A stretch of 64,000 nucleotides of DNA from Alphaproteobacteria bacterium (GTDB taxonomy: Bacteria; Pseudomonadota; Alphaproteobacteria; MPNO01): contig CBDFLJ010000001.1 of the NCBI GenBank assembly GCA_965248835.1, positions 1,952,001 through 2,016,000 on the forward strand, read 5' to 3'. Both the position numbers and the translations under genes were made by a program. Positions 48,065 through 57,912 of this stretch are shown here, piece after piece. The stretch's first letter is position 1. Every line of letters begins with the position of its first letter. The notes under the pieces are model-generated. The model was not told the DNA's origin. It saw only the letters and a program-made list of their open reading frames with translations, and did no database searches.

Positions 48065-50368
48065 TCAGCGGCCGGAACGCCGCAGAATCGCCCGCATCCG
48101 TGCCGGCGTGACCGGCAGGAAGGTGACCGCGCCGGGGATGCCGACCGCCTCGTCGATGGCACCGGCGATTGCCGCGCCGACGCCGTTGATGCCGCCCTCG
48201 CCGCCGCCCTTCAGACCCAGCGGGTTGTGCGGGCTGGGCGCATCCTCGGTCACCAGACAGTCGATCCGGGGGACTTCCGACAGGGTGGGTATCAGGTAGT
48301 CGGCCAACGTCACCGCAAGCGGCTGGCCGTGCTCGTCATAAGTGTACTCCTCGAACAGGGCGCCGCCGATGCCCTGCACGCAGCCGCCGCGGAGCTGACC
48401 CTCGAGCATCGCCGGGTTCACGGTGCGTCCGACGTCATAGGCGATCAGGAATCGCTCGAGCGCGATGCCGCCGGTCGCCCGGTCGATGCGCACCACCGCG
48501 ATATGGATGCCATAGGGAAAGGTGGTGCGGTCGGTTTCGAAGAATTCCTCGGCGGCGAGGCCGGACGGCTCGGTTTCGAGATAGGCCGCGATCTCGCCGA
48601 GGTTCACCGACGGGCCGGCCGGATCCCCGGCAACGAAAGCGGTGCTGCCGGCCATCGTCAGCCCCTCGCGGGGCCGCTGGAGCAGGGCCGATGCGGCGGC
48701 AAGCGCCTTGGCGCGCACCGCAAGGGCGGTCTTGTGCACCGCGTTGCCGGTCAGCACCGTCGCCCGCGTGGCATGGGCGCCGATGCCGTAATCGATCCGG
48801 TCGGTCTGGCCGTGGATCACCCGCACGACGCGGTAGTCGACGCCGAGCGCCGCGGCGCAGATCTGGGCCATGGTGGTCTCGAAGCCCTGGCCGATCGAGG
48901 CGCCGCCGGTCACGACCTCGACCGCGCCGCTTCGATCGACCGCGATGCGCGCGCCATCGGACGGCCCGCGCCCGCTTTCCTCCAGGAACAGCGCGAGGCC
49001 GGCACCGACCAGCTCGCCGCCGGCGCGGCGCCGGACGAGCGATGCAAGCAGGCCTTGCCAGCCGACGGCGGCGAGCGCCTTGTCCAGCAGCCGGGGATAA
49101 TCGCCCGAATCCAGCACCAGCGGCTCGATGCCCGCCTCGTCGAAGGCGAGCGTATGGGGCATCTCGGCTGCGGTTATCAGGTTGCGCCGCCGCACCTCGA
49201 TCCGGTCGAGACCGAGCCTGTCGGCCACCGCGTCCATGAGCCGCTCGCGCACGAAAGTGCTCTCGAAACGCCCGGGTGCGCGGTAGGTCGCCGCCGGGGT
49301 CTTGTTGGTCAGCCGGACATGGCAGACCGCGCGGAACGCCGGCACGCGGTAGAGTCCGCTCAGCATGCACATCGTCCGGTTGGGGACGTTGACGCCGTGG
49401 GTGCGGACATAGCCGCCCTGGTCGTGGAAGATGGTGTCCTCGATGCCGAGGATCCGGCCCTGCGCGTCGACGGCGATGCGCGCAAGGTGGCGCTGCTCGC
49501 GGCCCTGGTTGGCCGCCATCAGGTGTTCCTGGCGGTCTTCGATCCATTTGACCGGTCGGCCGAGCCGCCTGGCGGCGGCCAGCACCAGGATGTCCTCCGG
49601 GTATAGCTCGCCCCGGATGCCGAACCCGCCGCCGACGTGGCTCTCGTGCAGGTGGATGCGCTCCGGTGCGAGCTTGAGCATGCGCACCAGGGTTTCCTTG
49701 TTGCGGTGGGGGATCTTGGCCGCGCCGTGCAGCGCCAGCGTGTCGGTCGCAGGGTCGTAGACGCCGATCGCCCCGCGGGTCTCCATCGGCACCCCGGAAT
49801 GCCGCCCGGTGCCGAGCTCGAGCGCGACGATGTGCGCGGCACGGGCAAAGGCGTCCTCGACATCGCCGCGGGTGTGGCTCAACACCGCGGCCTCGGTGTC
49901 CAGACCGTCGGCGAACGGGCCGGGCTCCTCATCTGCCGAGCCGATGACCGGCAGCGGATCGATCTCGACCGCGACCATCTCGGCCGCGTCTTCTGCGATG
50001 TAGGGGTCCTCGGCGAAGACGGCCGCCAGCGGATCGCCGACATAGCGCACCCGCCCGCGCGCAAGCGCATGCTGACGGTACGGCTTGAGGCCCTCGTCCC
50101 GGCGGTCGGCGCGGAAATCGATCGGCGGCAGATCCGCGATGTCCGAAGCGGTCCATACCGCGACCACGCCGGGGACCGCGGCCGCCGCCGCGGTCGCGAT
50201 GCGCACGATCCGGCCATGAGCGTGGTCCGAGCGCACGACCCGCATGTGGAGCTGGCCGGCGAAGCCGATATCGGCGACGAAGCGCCCCCGCCCGGTGACC
50301 AGCGGCAGGTCCTCGATCCGATCGACCGGCCGGCCGAGCGTGTCGTCTTGGTGTTGCGTCCTCACCAC
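48065..50368 (-). CDS. Xanthine dehydrogenase-family molybdopterin-binding large subunit (CoxL-like, not CODH)
   Basis: RIED.PLVTGRG, VGGGFG, GQGFET, GQLRGG and GLKGGGEGG; active-site loop TYRAPGR. Start codon uncertain. Confidence 0.88.
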   Translation of the reverse strand: MVRTQHQDDTLGRPVDRIEDLPLVTGRGRFVADIGFAGQLHMRVVRSDHAHGRIVRIATAAAAAVPGVVAVWTASDIADLPPIDFRADRRDEGLKPYRQHALARGRVRYVGDPLAAVFAEDPYIAEDAAEMVAVEIDPLPVIGSADEEPGPFADGLDTEAAVLSHTRGDVEDAFARAAHIVALELGTGRHSGVPMETRGAIGVYDPATDTLALHGAAKIPHRNKETLVRMLKLAPERIHLHESHVGGGFGIRGELYPEDILVLAAARRLGRPVKWIEDRQEHLMAANQGREQRHLARIAVDAQGRILGIEDTIFHDQGGYVRTHGVNVPNRTMCMLSGLYRVPAFRAVCHVRLTNKTPAATYRAPGRFESTFVRERLMDAVADRLGLDRIEVRRRNLITAAEMPHTLAFDEAGIEPLVLDSGDYPRLLDKALAAVGWQGLLASLVRRRAGGELVGAGLALFLEESGRGPSDGARIAVDRSGAVEVVTGGASIGQGFETTMAQICAAALGVDYRVVRVIHGQTDRIDYGIGAHATRATVLTGNAVHKTALAVRAKALAAASALLQRPREGLTMAGSTAFVAGDPAGPSVNLGEIAAYLETEPSGLAAEEFFETDRTTFPYGIHIAVVRIDRATGGIALERFLIAYDVGRTVNPAMLEGQLRGGCVQGIGGALFEEYTYDEHGQPLAVTLADYLIPTLSEVPRIDCLVTEDAPSPHNPLGLKGGGEGGINGVGAAIAGAIDEAVGIPGAVTFLPVTPARMRAILRRSGR

Positions 50369-50526
50369 CGGACGATACCGCCGCGGGCGGGGTGGAATCC
50401 ACTGATCCGCCTTGCTCCGGCGCGCGTTGCGACCCCGCCCGACCGGCCGGCATCGACGTGGACGCGCGGACGCCCTATATCGGTGCGCAAGCGGCTTGGA
50501 CGGGAAACCATCGCGTGCCGGACGGG

Positions 50527-50967
50527 GTGACATCAGGCGAGACGATCGAGGAGGCCAAGGAAGGCCTGGTCGCGGACTTCGCGTTTCTGGGCGACTGGGT
50601 TCAGCGCTACGAATACATCGTCGACCTCGGCCGCGCCCTCGAAGGCCTGGCCGAGGCGGACAAGATCGACAGCCGCCTGGTGCCGGGCTGCCAGTCGCGC
50701 GTGTGGTTGCACGTCGATTGCCGCGACGGACGCTTGCATTTCCGGGCCGATAGCGACGCGATCATCGTGCGCGGGCTGATCGCACTCCTGCTCAGGATCT
50801 ATTCGGGCCGCACGCCGGCGGAGATCCTGGCCACGCCGCCGTCGTTCTTCGAGGTCCTGGAACTTGGCTCGCACCTGAGCGGCAGCCGCGCCAACGGGCT
50901 GCATGCGATGGTCCGGCGCATCCACGCCTATGCGGGCGGGGACTCGGCCGCCGGTTCGCGCGCCTGA
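50527..50967 (+). CDS. sufE: SufE family Fe-S cluster sulfur acceptor
   Basis: RYEYIVDLG, VPGCQSRVW, DSDAIIVRGL and SRANGL. Confidence 0.92.
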   Translation: MTSGETIEEAKEGLVADFAFLGDWVQRYEYIVDLGRALEGLAEADKIDSRLVPGCQSRVWLHVDCRDGRLHFRADSDAIIVRGLIALLLRIYSGRTPAEILATPPSFFEVLELGSHLSGSRANGLHAMVRRIHAYAGGDSAAGSRA

Positions 50968-51105
50968 CCGGGGCGATATCCCGGTCGCGCCTGCACGCCC
51001 GCATGGAAGCCGGTTTCGAAGATTGATCTTGTCGGCCGTCCCGGCGGGCGCCTACTCTCACCGACGCACCATCAAGGCGAAATGATGGGCAGAACGGGGG
51101 GAATC

Positions 51106-52146
51106 ATGAAGACGTCTTGCAGAAGCGCGCTCGGCGGGCTCGTGGTAATCGGCGCCGTTGTCGCCTCGACGGTTTCGGCACATGCACAGACCAAGATCCT
51201 GAGGGCGGATACGGGCTCACCCGGCGCCGTCTCGCACGCCGTGATCGTCGTCCTCGGCAAGGTCTGGAACCGGGAGCTCGGGACCACGATCCAGGTCAAC
51301 GACAGCCAGACGTTGACGCGCTCGGCGCTCAAGCTCGGCCGAGGCCAGCTCGAGATCATGCCGTTCCCGACGTCGATCTACAAATTCCTCTCCGAAGGCT
51401 CGCGCATGTACGCGAAGAACCTCAAGAAGCAGGCCATCGCCGCATCGAAGAAAGTGCGCTCCCTTTGGGGTTGGAAGGCCGTCGTCTTCCATCCGGTGAC
51501 CTTCGAGGTGGACACGATCAAGACCTTCAACGACATCAAGGGCAAGCGCGTGTTTACCGGCCCGCCCTCGGGGGCGGCAGCAGTCACCTCGGAGACCATG
51601 ATCCGCGCCCTTACCGGATACGAGGCCAATCAGGACTACACCGCCATCCGCCTGCCCTGGGGCGGCGGGCTTCAAGCGATGATGGATGGAAAGCTCGACC
51701 TGTTCATGCGGCCGGATGGGCCGGGCTCGGCGATGATCGAGCAGCTCGGCCTGACCCGAAAGTTCCGCCTTCTCGACGTTGCCGATGCCGGCAACAGGGC
51801 GGCGTGGAGCAAGTGGCTTAGCAGCATCGGCCGCGCGTCCGGCGTGATTCCGGCCGGCACCTACAAGGGGCAGGTCAACGGCGACAAGGACGTCACCGTC
51901 GGCGCGGTCACCTTCCAGGTCGCGGTCAACAGGAACGCGATCACCGATGACATGGCGTACCGGATGACCAAGCTCACCTGGGACAATCTCGAGGAGATCC
52001 ACAAGACCGCCTCGACCCTTCGGACGATCGACAACAGCGCGCCCTTCGTCGGCGTGAACATGCCGCTGCATATGGGTGCGGTGCGGTACTACCGCGAAAA
52101 GGGCATCGAGATCCCGGCCGCGTTGCTTCCGCCCGAAGCCATGTAG
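51106..52146 (+). CDS. TAXI-family TRAP transporter substrate-binding protein
   Basis: Signal peptide (AHA), DIKGKRVFTGP, IPAGTY and PLHMGAVRYYREKG. Confidence 0.88.
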   Translation: MKTSCRSALGGLVVIGAVVASTVSAHAQTKILRADTGSPGAVSHAVIVVLGKVWNRELGTTIQVNDSQTLTRSALKLGRGQLEIMPFPTSIYKFLSEGSRMYAKNLKKQAIAASKKVRSLWGWKAVVFHPVTFEVDTIKTFNDIKGKRVFTGPPSGAAAVTSETMIRALTGYEANQDYTAIRLPWGGGLQAMMDGKLDLFMRPDGPGSAMIEQLGLTRKFRLLDVADAGNRAAWSKWLSSIGRASGVIPAGTYKGQVNGDKDVTVGAVTFQVAVNRNAITDDMAYRMTKLTWDNLEEIHKTASTLRTIDNSAPFVGVNMPLHMGAVRYYREKGIEIPAALLPPEAM

Positions 52147-52181
52147 TCGACTTCGATCCGCGCAGGCGCGCGTAGGGTTCG

Positions 52182-54158
52182 ATGCCCGCTGACGCCCGGC
52201 GATCGCCGATCCGGAACCTCCTCGCCGGCGCCTCCTTCGTCGTCGCTCTGGCGATGACGCTGACCGGCATCGCCAACTCGGCGCCGAGCTTCTGGTTCAT
52301 TCCCAAGCTCGGACCGTATCCGAGCGAGATCATCCGTCCGATCATTCTCGCGGCCTCGGTGTTCGTCGTCCTGGTTCGGACGCCGATCGCGGCGGTCCTG
52401 ACGGCGCGTTGGCCCGCGCTGGGCCGCAAGGCTGCGGTCGCGGACGTCGCCGTCATGGCGGCATCGCTCTGGGTGTTCTGGCGCTATTTCACCGACGTGT
52501 CCGAAATCGAAGTCGGGCTGTTCGACTTCACGGCCATTCATCCGGTCATCGCGCTCACCGGCTGTGCCGTCTTCGTCATTCTGTGCTGGCGGGTATGGGG
52601 CGCACCGCTCGCCGTCTGCGGCCTGCTGGCGCTGGCCTATTTCTATACCGGCCACCACTGGCCGTGGATCTTCGAGACCGCGCCGGTGGTGTTCATCGAT
52701 TCGGCCGAGGACCTCTGGTTCAACCTCAATGACGGTGTGCTGGGCACCATCATGGGCATCCTCATCTTCACCGTCTTCCCGTTCGTCATGCTCGGCGTTC
52801 TCCTTGAGCAGACCGGCGGCGGACGGTCCCTGATCAAGATCGCCTTCCACCTGACCCGCAACTTCCGCGGCGGTCCGGCGCATGCGGCGATCCTCGCATC
52901 GGGGCTGTTCGGAACCATGTCCGGCGGCGCCGTCACCAACGTGGTCGCCACCGGCGTCATAACCATTCCGATGATCAAGCGCCGCGGCTTCGATGCCGCC
53001 TTCGCCGGCGGGGTGGAGGCCACCGCGTCGAGCGCGGGCCAGATCATGCCGCCGATCATGGGTGCGGCGGCGCTGGTGATGGCGGATTTCACCGGCATTT
53101 CCTATCTCACCATCATCGTCGCGGCGCTGGTCCCGGCGCTCGCCTACTACGCCAGCCTTTTCACCTCGGTGGTGTTCGAGGCGCGGCGCCTCGGCGTCGA
53201 GGCCGTCCCCGACATGGACGACGAGTTGGCGGTCAATCGCCAGGACATCGTCAACCTGACCATGGTCGTGGTCCCGGTGGCCGTGGTCATGGTGACGCTG
53301 ATCCTCGGGTTCTCGCCCGCCGGCGCCGGCATGCTGGCGATCTATTCGATCATCCCGCTGTCGTTCTGCAACCCGGAGGTGCGCAAGCGCCCGTCCTTGA
53401 TCGTCATCGCGCTGGCCAATGGCGGCGAGACCTTCGCCCGGCTGCTGGTGGCCATCGGTGTCGTCGGCATCGTCGTCGCCGTGCTCGGCGCCACCGGGCT
53501 TCCCAACGATTTCGCCCAGGTCCTGAACGAGCTCGGCGGCGCGCGGCTGATAGTGATGCTGACGATCGCCGCCATTGCCGCGCTGATGCTGGGCATGGGC
53601 ATGCCGACGCTGCCGGCCTATTTGACCATCATCTTGATCATGGGGCCGTCGCTGCAGAATTTCGGCCTGTCGGTTCTGGTCGGCCATTTGTTCGTCTTCT
53701 ATTACGGCGTCGCGTCCTCGATCACGCCGCCGGTGGCGGTGGCGGCCTATGCCGCGGCGTCGATCTCCGGAGCGCCGCCGCTTAAGACGGCGGTCTACGC
53801 GGTCCGCATCGGGCTGGTGAAATTCATCATCCCCTTCGTCTTCGCCTACTACCCGGTGCTCCTGATCGTCGAAGAAAGCGGCGTTCCGTTCGATCTGTGG
53901 GCGTTCGTCTCGGCGGTGCTGCGGCTGATGACGGCGATCTATCTCATCGCCAGCGCCACGCTCGCCTTCGACCATCGAAGATTGCCGGCTTGGGAGATCG
54001 GGGTCCGGCTCCTGCTCGCGCTGGGCGTGTTGCTGATCGACCCGCTGATCCATTGGCCGGCGTTCTTCCTGGCCCTCCTTTTCCTCGCCTGGCACTATGC
54101 GCGCTACGCGCGTCGGCGTGGCTCCAGCCCATCGCCCGACCGGGGAGACGCATCGTGA
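52182..54158 (+). CDS. TAXI-TRAP fused permease (4TM/12TM)
   Basis: RGGPAHAA, GTMSGGAVTNV, MPPIMGAAA, LGMGMPT and SITPPVAVAAY. Confidence 0.92.
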   Translation: MPADARRSPIRNLLAGASFVVALAMTLTGIANSAPSFWFIPKLGPYPSEIIRPIILAASVFVVLVRTPIAAVLTARWPALGRKAAVADVAVMAASLWVFWRYFTDVSEIEVGLFDFTAIHPVIALTGCAVFVILCWRVWGAPLAVCGLLALAYFYTGHHWPWIFETAPVVFIDSAEDLWFNLNDGVLGTIMGILIFTVFPFVMLGVLLEQTGGGRSLIKIAFHLTRNFRGGPAHAAILASGLFGTMSGGAVTNVVATGVITIPMIKRRGFDAAFAGGVEATASSAGQIMPPIMGAAALVMADFTGISYLTIIVAALVPALAYYASLFTSVVFEARRLGVEAVPDMDDELAVNRQDIVNLTMVVVPVAVVMVTLILGFSPAGAGMLAIYSIIPLSFCNPEVRKRPSLIVIALANGGETFARLLVAIGVVGIVVAVLGATGLPNDFAQVLNELGGARLIVMLTIAAIAALMLGMGMPTLPAYLTIILIMGPSLQNFGLSVLVGHLFVFYYGVASSITPPVAVAAYAAASISGAPPLKTAVYAVRIGLVKFIIPFVFAYYPVLLIVEESGVPFDLWAFVSAVLRLMTAIYLIASATLAFDHRRLPAWEIGVRLLLALGVLLIDPLIHWPAFFLALLFLAWHYARYARRRGSSPSPDRGDAS

Positions 54159-55204
54159 ACGGACGCGAGATCCATCTTTGCGGCAGCATTCCGCTGGCCA
54201 GCGCGCATGAGGTGTTCGCCGCCGTCTCGGACAAGCTGGGCCGGGCGGTCAAACGCATCCCCGACGGCGAAACCGGCGATCGGCTGACCTGGATCCGCTG
54301 GCAGGATCATGTGTTCAAGGATCATCCCCAGCTCGACGCCGTCGCGTCCGCCGGCGACTTCCGCAACGCCACCGCGTTCATCGGCGACACGCCGATGCCG
54401 CACACCACCTGGTGGCGGATCAAGGACGGGGTCTCGCCCAACGCGCTGGAGATTCCTCCGCTCGGCTACGCCGAGGCCGCGATCGACAGCTTCGCGGCCT
54501 TCGACGCGCTCAAGAAGGCGGGAAGGATCGACAGCGGCGCGCGGTTTCTGATCGCCGTGCCGAGCCCGTTCAATGTCCTCAACTCGGCCATCGCACCGGC
54601 CGACCGAATCCGCGTCGAGCCCGCCTATGAAGCGCGGATGACGCGGGAGATCGAAGAGGTCGCCCGGACCCTCCCCCATGACCAGATCGCCTGGCAATGG
54701 GACAATGCGCACGACATGCAGGCCTTCGACGGGGCGCGGCAGAGCTATTTCCCGTTCCATCAGGACGGCATCGCCGATCGCCTCGTCGCCTGCGGCGATG
54801 CCGTCCCGCAGGCGATCGAGATGGGCTACCATTTCTGCTACGGCTCGTTCGGCGGCAAGCATTTCGTCGAGCCGCACGACATGGCGGCGATGGTCGACCT
54901 CGCCAACCGGCTCGCCGCCGGGGTCAAACGGTCGATCGAATGGATCCACATGCCGGTCCCGGTCGAGCGCGACGACGAGGCCTATTTCGAGCCGCTGAAG
55001 GACCTCGACCTCCGGCCCGAAACCACGCTCTTCCTGGGCCTGATCCACGACATCGACGGCATCGACGGAACGCGCCGCCGGATGGCGACGGCGGACAAAT
55101 TCGTCGCCGGCTACGGTATCGCCACCGAATGCGGCTTCGGCCGCCGCAAGGCGGCGACGGTGGGGCCGCTGCTCGACATCCACGCGGCGCTGACCGGGCC
55201 GTAG
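54155..55204 (+). CDS. MetE/UROD-like Zn-dependent TIM-barrel protein of unknown function
   Basis: HLCGSIP, IPDGETGDR, GYHFCYG (HxC) and ATECGFGR; GTGA overlap with the permease stop. Confidence 0.78.
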   Translation: MNGREIHLCGSIPLASAHEVFAAVSDKLGRAVKRIPDGETGDRLTWIRWQDHVFKDHPQLDAVASAGDFRNATAFIGDTPMPHTTWWRIKDGVSPNALEIPPLGYAEAAIDSFAAFDALKKAGRIDSGARFLIAVPSPFNVLNSAIAPADRIRVEPAYEARMTREIEEVARTLPHDQIAWQWDNAHDMQAFDGARQSYFPFHQDGIADRLVACGDAVPQAIEMGYHFCYGSFGGKHFVEPHDMAAMVDLANRLAAGVKRSIEWIHMPVPVERDDEAYFEPLKDLDLRPETTLFLGLIHDIDGIDGTRRRMATADKFVAGYGIATECGFGRRKAATVGPLLDIHAALTGP

Positions 55205-55325
55205 CGCGGCCGGGCCGGCGGCGCGCAACAGCGGCAACGCGAGGCCTGTACAACCCCTGCCCGGCCCCGCCGGCGGACGATCGGGATTGCACCTTGCGCC
55301 AAGAGTGTGGTCCCCTATGCGCGAC

Positions 55326-56186
55326 ATGGCGGGCAAATCGCTGAGCTATCACGACGGCGCGTGGCTGGACGGTAATCCGCCGATCCTGGGGCCGATGGAC
55401 CATTCCTGGTGGATGGGCTCCACGGTGTTCGACGGCGCGCGGGCCTTCGGCGGGCTGGCGCCGGACCTCGATCTGCACTGCCGGCGGGTGGTGCGCTCGG
55501 CCGAAGCTTTCGGGATCGCGCCCGAGATCGACGCCGCGGCGATCGAGGCGCTGTGCTGGGAGGGGATCGAGCGGTTCGATGCCGACGCCGAGCTCTACAT
55601 CCGGCCGATGTTCTATTTCCGCGACGGGTTCGTGGTGCCGGACTATGCCAGCGGTCGCTTCATCCTGACGATCTTCGAATCGCCGATGCCCAAGTGGCGC
55701 GGCTTGAGCGCCTGCCTTGTACCGTTCCGCCGCCCGGCCCCGGACATGGCCCCGACCAACGCCAAGGCTTCGTGTCTTTACCCCAACGTGATCCGCTCGA
55801 TGACCGCCGCCCGCGCCAAGGGCTTCGATACCGCGATGGTGCTCGATGCGCTGGGCAACGTCGCCGAGTTCTCGACCAACAACCTGTTCATTGCCCGGGA
55901 CGGCGCGGTGCGCACGCCGGCGGCCAACGGCGCGTTCCTGGCCGGGATCACCCGCTCACGGGCGATCGGGCTGCTGCGCGGCGCAGGCGTCGATGTCGCG
56001 GAGGCGACGCTTACCGTCGCCGACGTGCTGGCCGCCGAGGAGGTGTTCCTGACCGGCAATTACGCCAAGGTCCTGCCGATCACCAGGGTCGAGGACGCGC
56101 AATACGAGATCGGCCCGCTCGCCGGCCTCGCCCGCCGGCTCTATTTCGAGTTCGCGGAACGCGAGGGCCGCCGCCGGGCGGCCTGA
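55326..56186 (+). CDS. Class IV PLP aminotransferase (branched-chain aminotransferase-like)
   Basis: TVFDGARA, LYIRP, AKASCLYPN, FLAGITR and EVFLTGN. Confidence 0.88.
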   Translation: MAGKSLSYHDGAWLDGNPPILGPMDHSWWMGSTVFDGARAFGGLAPDLDLHCRRVVRSAEAFGIAPEIDAAAIEALCWEGIERFDADAELYIRPMFYFRDGFVVPDYASGRFILTIFESPMPKWRGLSACLVPFRRPAPDMAPTNAKASCLYPNVIRSMTAARAKGFDTAMVLDALGNVAEFSTNNLFIARDGAVRTPAANGAFLAGITRSRAIGLLRGAGVDVAEATLTVADVLAAEEVFLTGNYAKVLPITRVEDAQYEIGPLAGLARRLYFEFAEREGRRRAA

Positions 56187-56211
56187 CCCGGCTCACCCGG
56201 CATCGGCGCGC

Positions 56212-56799
56212 TCAGCCAAGCGCGAACGGGACCTGGTTGGGGCCCGGGATCGGCTCGCCCTCCGGGCCGTTCTCGAAGCCGCGCTGCGCGAAGGTGCCGG
56301 TCTTCTGGCTGCGCACGATGAAGGCGATGGACTTGTTCTCGCCGGCGAACTCCGAGTGGATCTCGTGCGGCGGGACGATGTCCACATCGCCCGGCCCACA
56401 CGCCACCGAGCGGGACTCGCGCAGCGCCTTCTTGCCGGCCGCATCGGTCTCGACTTCGAAGCGGACGATCCGCTCGGTCCCTTCAAGCAGCCCGTAGACG
56501 GTCCAGGACGGTCCGTGGTCGTGGATCGTCGCCCGCCCGCCCGGCTTCTTGATCAGCCCGTTGAGCGCGAACCCGTAGTCGGGATCGACATAGAACAGCA
56601 GGTTGTCGACCTTCTTGCCGTCGAACCCGCCGATCGGCCAGGTTCGGGCATGCGCCTTGAGCGCTTCATCGGCCAGGAGTTCGACCAGGAGCTCGCCGCA
56701 GCGCCGCCAGCGCGCCTCGCCCTCCAGCCCGGCGGCGCAAGCCTCGCGCAGCCTGGCGACGAAGGTTTCCACGGCAGGCAGCATCGCGTCGCGTTCCAT
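56212..56799 (-). CDS. Cupin, cysteine/thiol dioxygenase-like
   Basis: IHDHG..WTVYG...G.E and a later IHS give a 3-His site; GGAGA RBS. Confidence 0.72.
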   Translation of the reverse strand: MERDAMLPAVETFVARLREACAAGLEGEARWRRCGELLVELLADEALKAHARTWPIGGFDGKKVDNLLFYVDPDYGFALNGLIKKPGGRATIHDHGPSWTVYGLLEGTERIVRFEVETDAAGKKALRESRSVACGPGDVDIVPPHEIHSEFAGENKSIAFIVRSQKTGTFAQRGFENGPEGEPIPGPNQVPFALG

Positions 56800-56923
56800 C
56801 GGCGGTCTCCCGTATCCGGCACGGACCGTACCCCGGCCGCAAGCGCCGGTCAAAGCGTCCGCCCCTCTGGCCCCGGCCGGCGGCGCTGCGTATCTTCCGC
56901 CACCAACGCCGCGGAGAGCATCG

Positions 56924-57769
56924 ATGACCACCCAGGACCTTTCGGGAACCGTCGCCGTCCTGACCGGCGCGGCAGGCGGGCTGGGCGCGGCGATGACGAC
57001 ATCCCTGATCGATGCAGGCGCGAGCGTGCTTGCGCTCGACCTGTCCGAGGAAGCGCTTCGGCGGCTCGCCGAGACGGTTGCAAGCGACCGGCTGGCGAGC
57101 ATGGCGGCCGACATTCGCCAGCCGGAAAGCTGTGCCGCGGTCATCGATCGCGCGGTCGAGCGGTTCGGCGCCGTCCATGCGCTGATCAACAACGCGGGGC
57201 TGGGCCAATCGAGCATCCGCGAGGACTACTACGTCCGCGGCCTGCGGTTCTGGGAGGTCCCCGACGAGAGCTGGCGGGCGATCCTGGAGACCAACGCGAT
57301 GGCGCCGTTCATGCTGGCCAAGGCGATCGTCCCGCGCCTGGTGGACCAGGGCTGGGGGCGGATCGTCAACGTCACCACCAGCCTGGATACCATGATCCGC
57401 CCGGGCTGGACCCCCTACGGTCCGTCCAAGGCGGCGCTCGAGGCGTGCTCGGCGATCTGGGCGGCCGACCTCGCCGATACCGGGGTCAGCGTCAATGTCC
57501 TGGTCCCCGGCGGGCCGGCCAATACCGCGATGGTGCCGCCGGCATCCTCGCCCGACCGAGCCGCGATGATCCAGCCCGAGGTCATGAAGGCGCCGATCCG
57601 CTGGCTGCTCTCGCGCGAAGCGGACGGGATCACCGGCCGGCGCTTCCTCGGCGTCCGCTGGGACGAGGAAGCGCCCACCGCCGAGGCTGTTGCGGCCGCA
57701 TCGGCGCCCGCCGCCTGGTCGCAGCTCGGGGCGCAATCGGTCTGGCCCGGACAACCGCACGGTGGGTGA
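56924..57769 (+). CDS. Short-chain dehydrogenase/reductase
   Basis: TGAAGGLG, NNAG and YGPSK. Confidence 0.9.
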   Translation: MTTQDLSGTVAVLTGAAGGLGAAMTTSLIDAGASVLALDLSEEALRRLAETVASDRLASMAADIRQPESCAAVIDRAVERFGAVHALINNAGLGQSSIREDYYVRGLRFWEVPDESWRAILETNAMAPFMLAKAIVPRLVDQGWGRIVNVTTSLDTMIRPGWTPYGPSKAALEACSAIWAADLADTGVSVNVLVPGGPANTAMVPPASSPDRAAMIQPEVMKAPIRWLLSREADGITGRRFLGVRWDEEAPTAEAVAAASAPAAWSQLGAQSVWPGQPHGG

Positions 57770-57912
57770 AATTGCCGTCGCGGGCCGCGCGGTGGTCAGC
57801 GCGCCCGGCAGCCCCGTCCGGCATCCTCGTCCCGCATTGCGGGCGCCTTCGTGCGCGCGGCGTTTCCCACTAGGATCGGCGGCAAAACGAGACGCGAAGG
57901 GCTTGCAGAGAA

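Noticed and set aside
48065-50368. Aerobic CO dehydrogenase CoxL
   Set aside because: Lacks the AYxCSFR motif and has no coxM/coxS neighbours.
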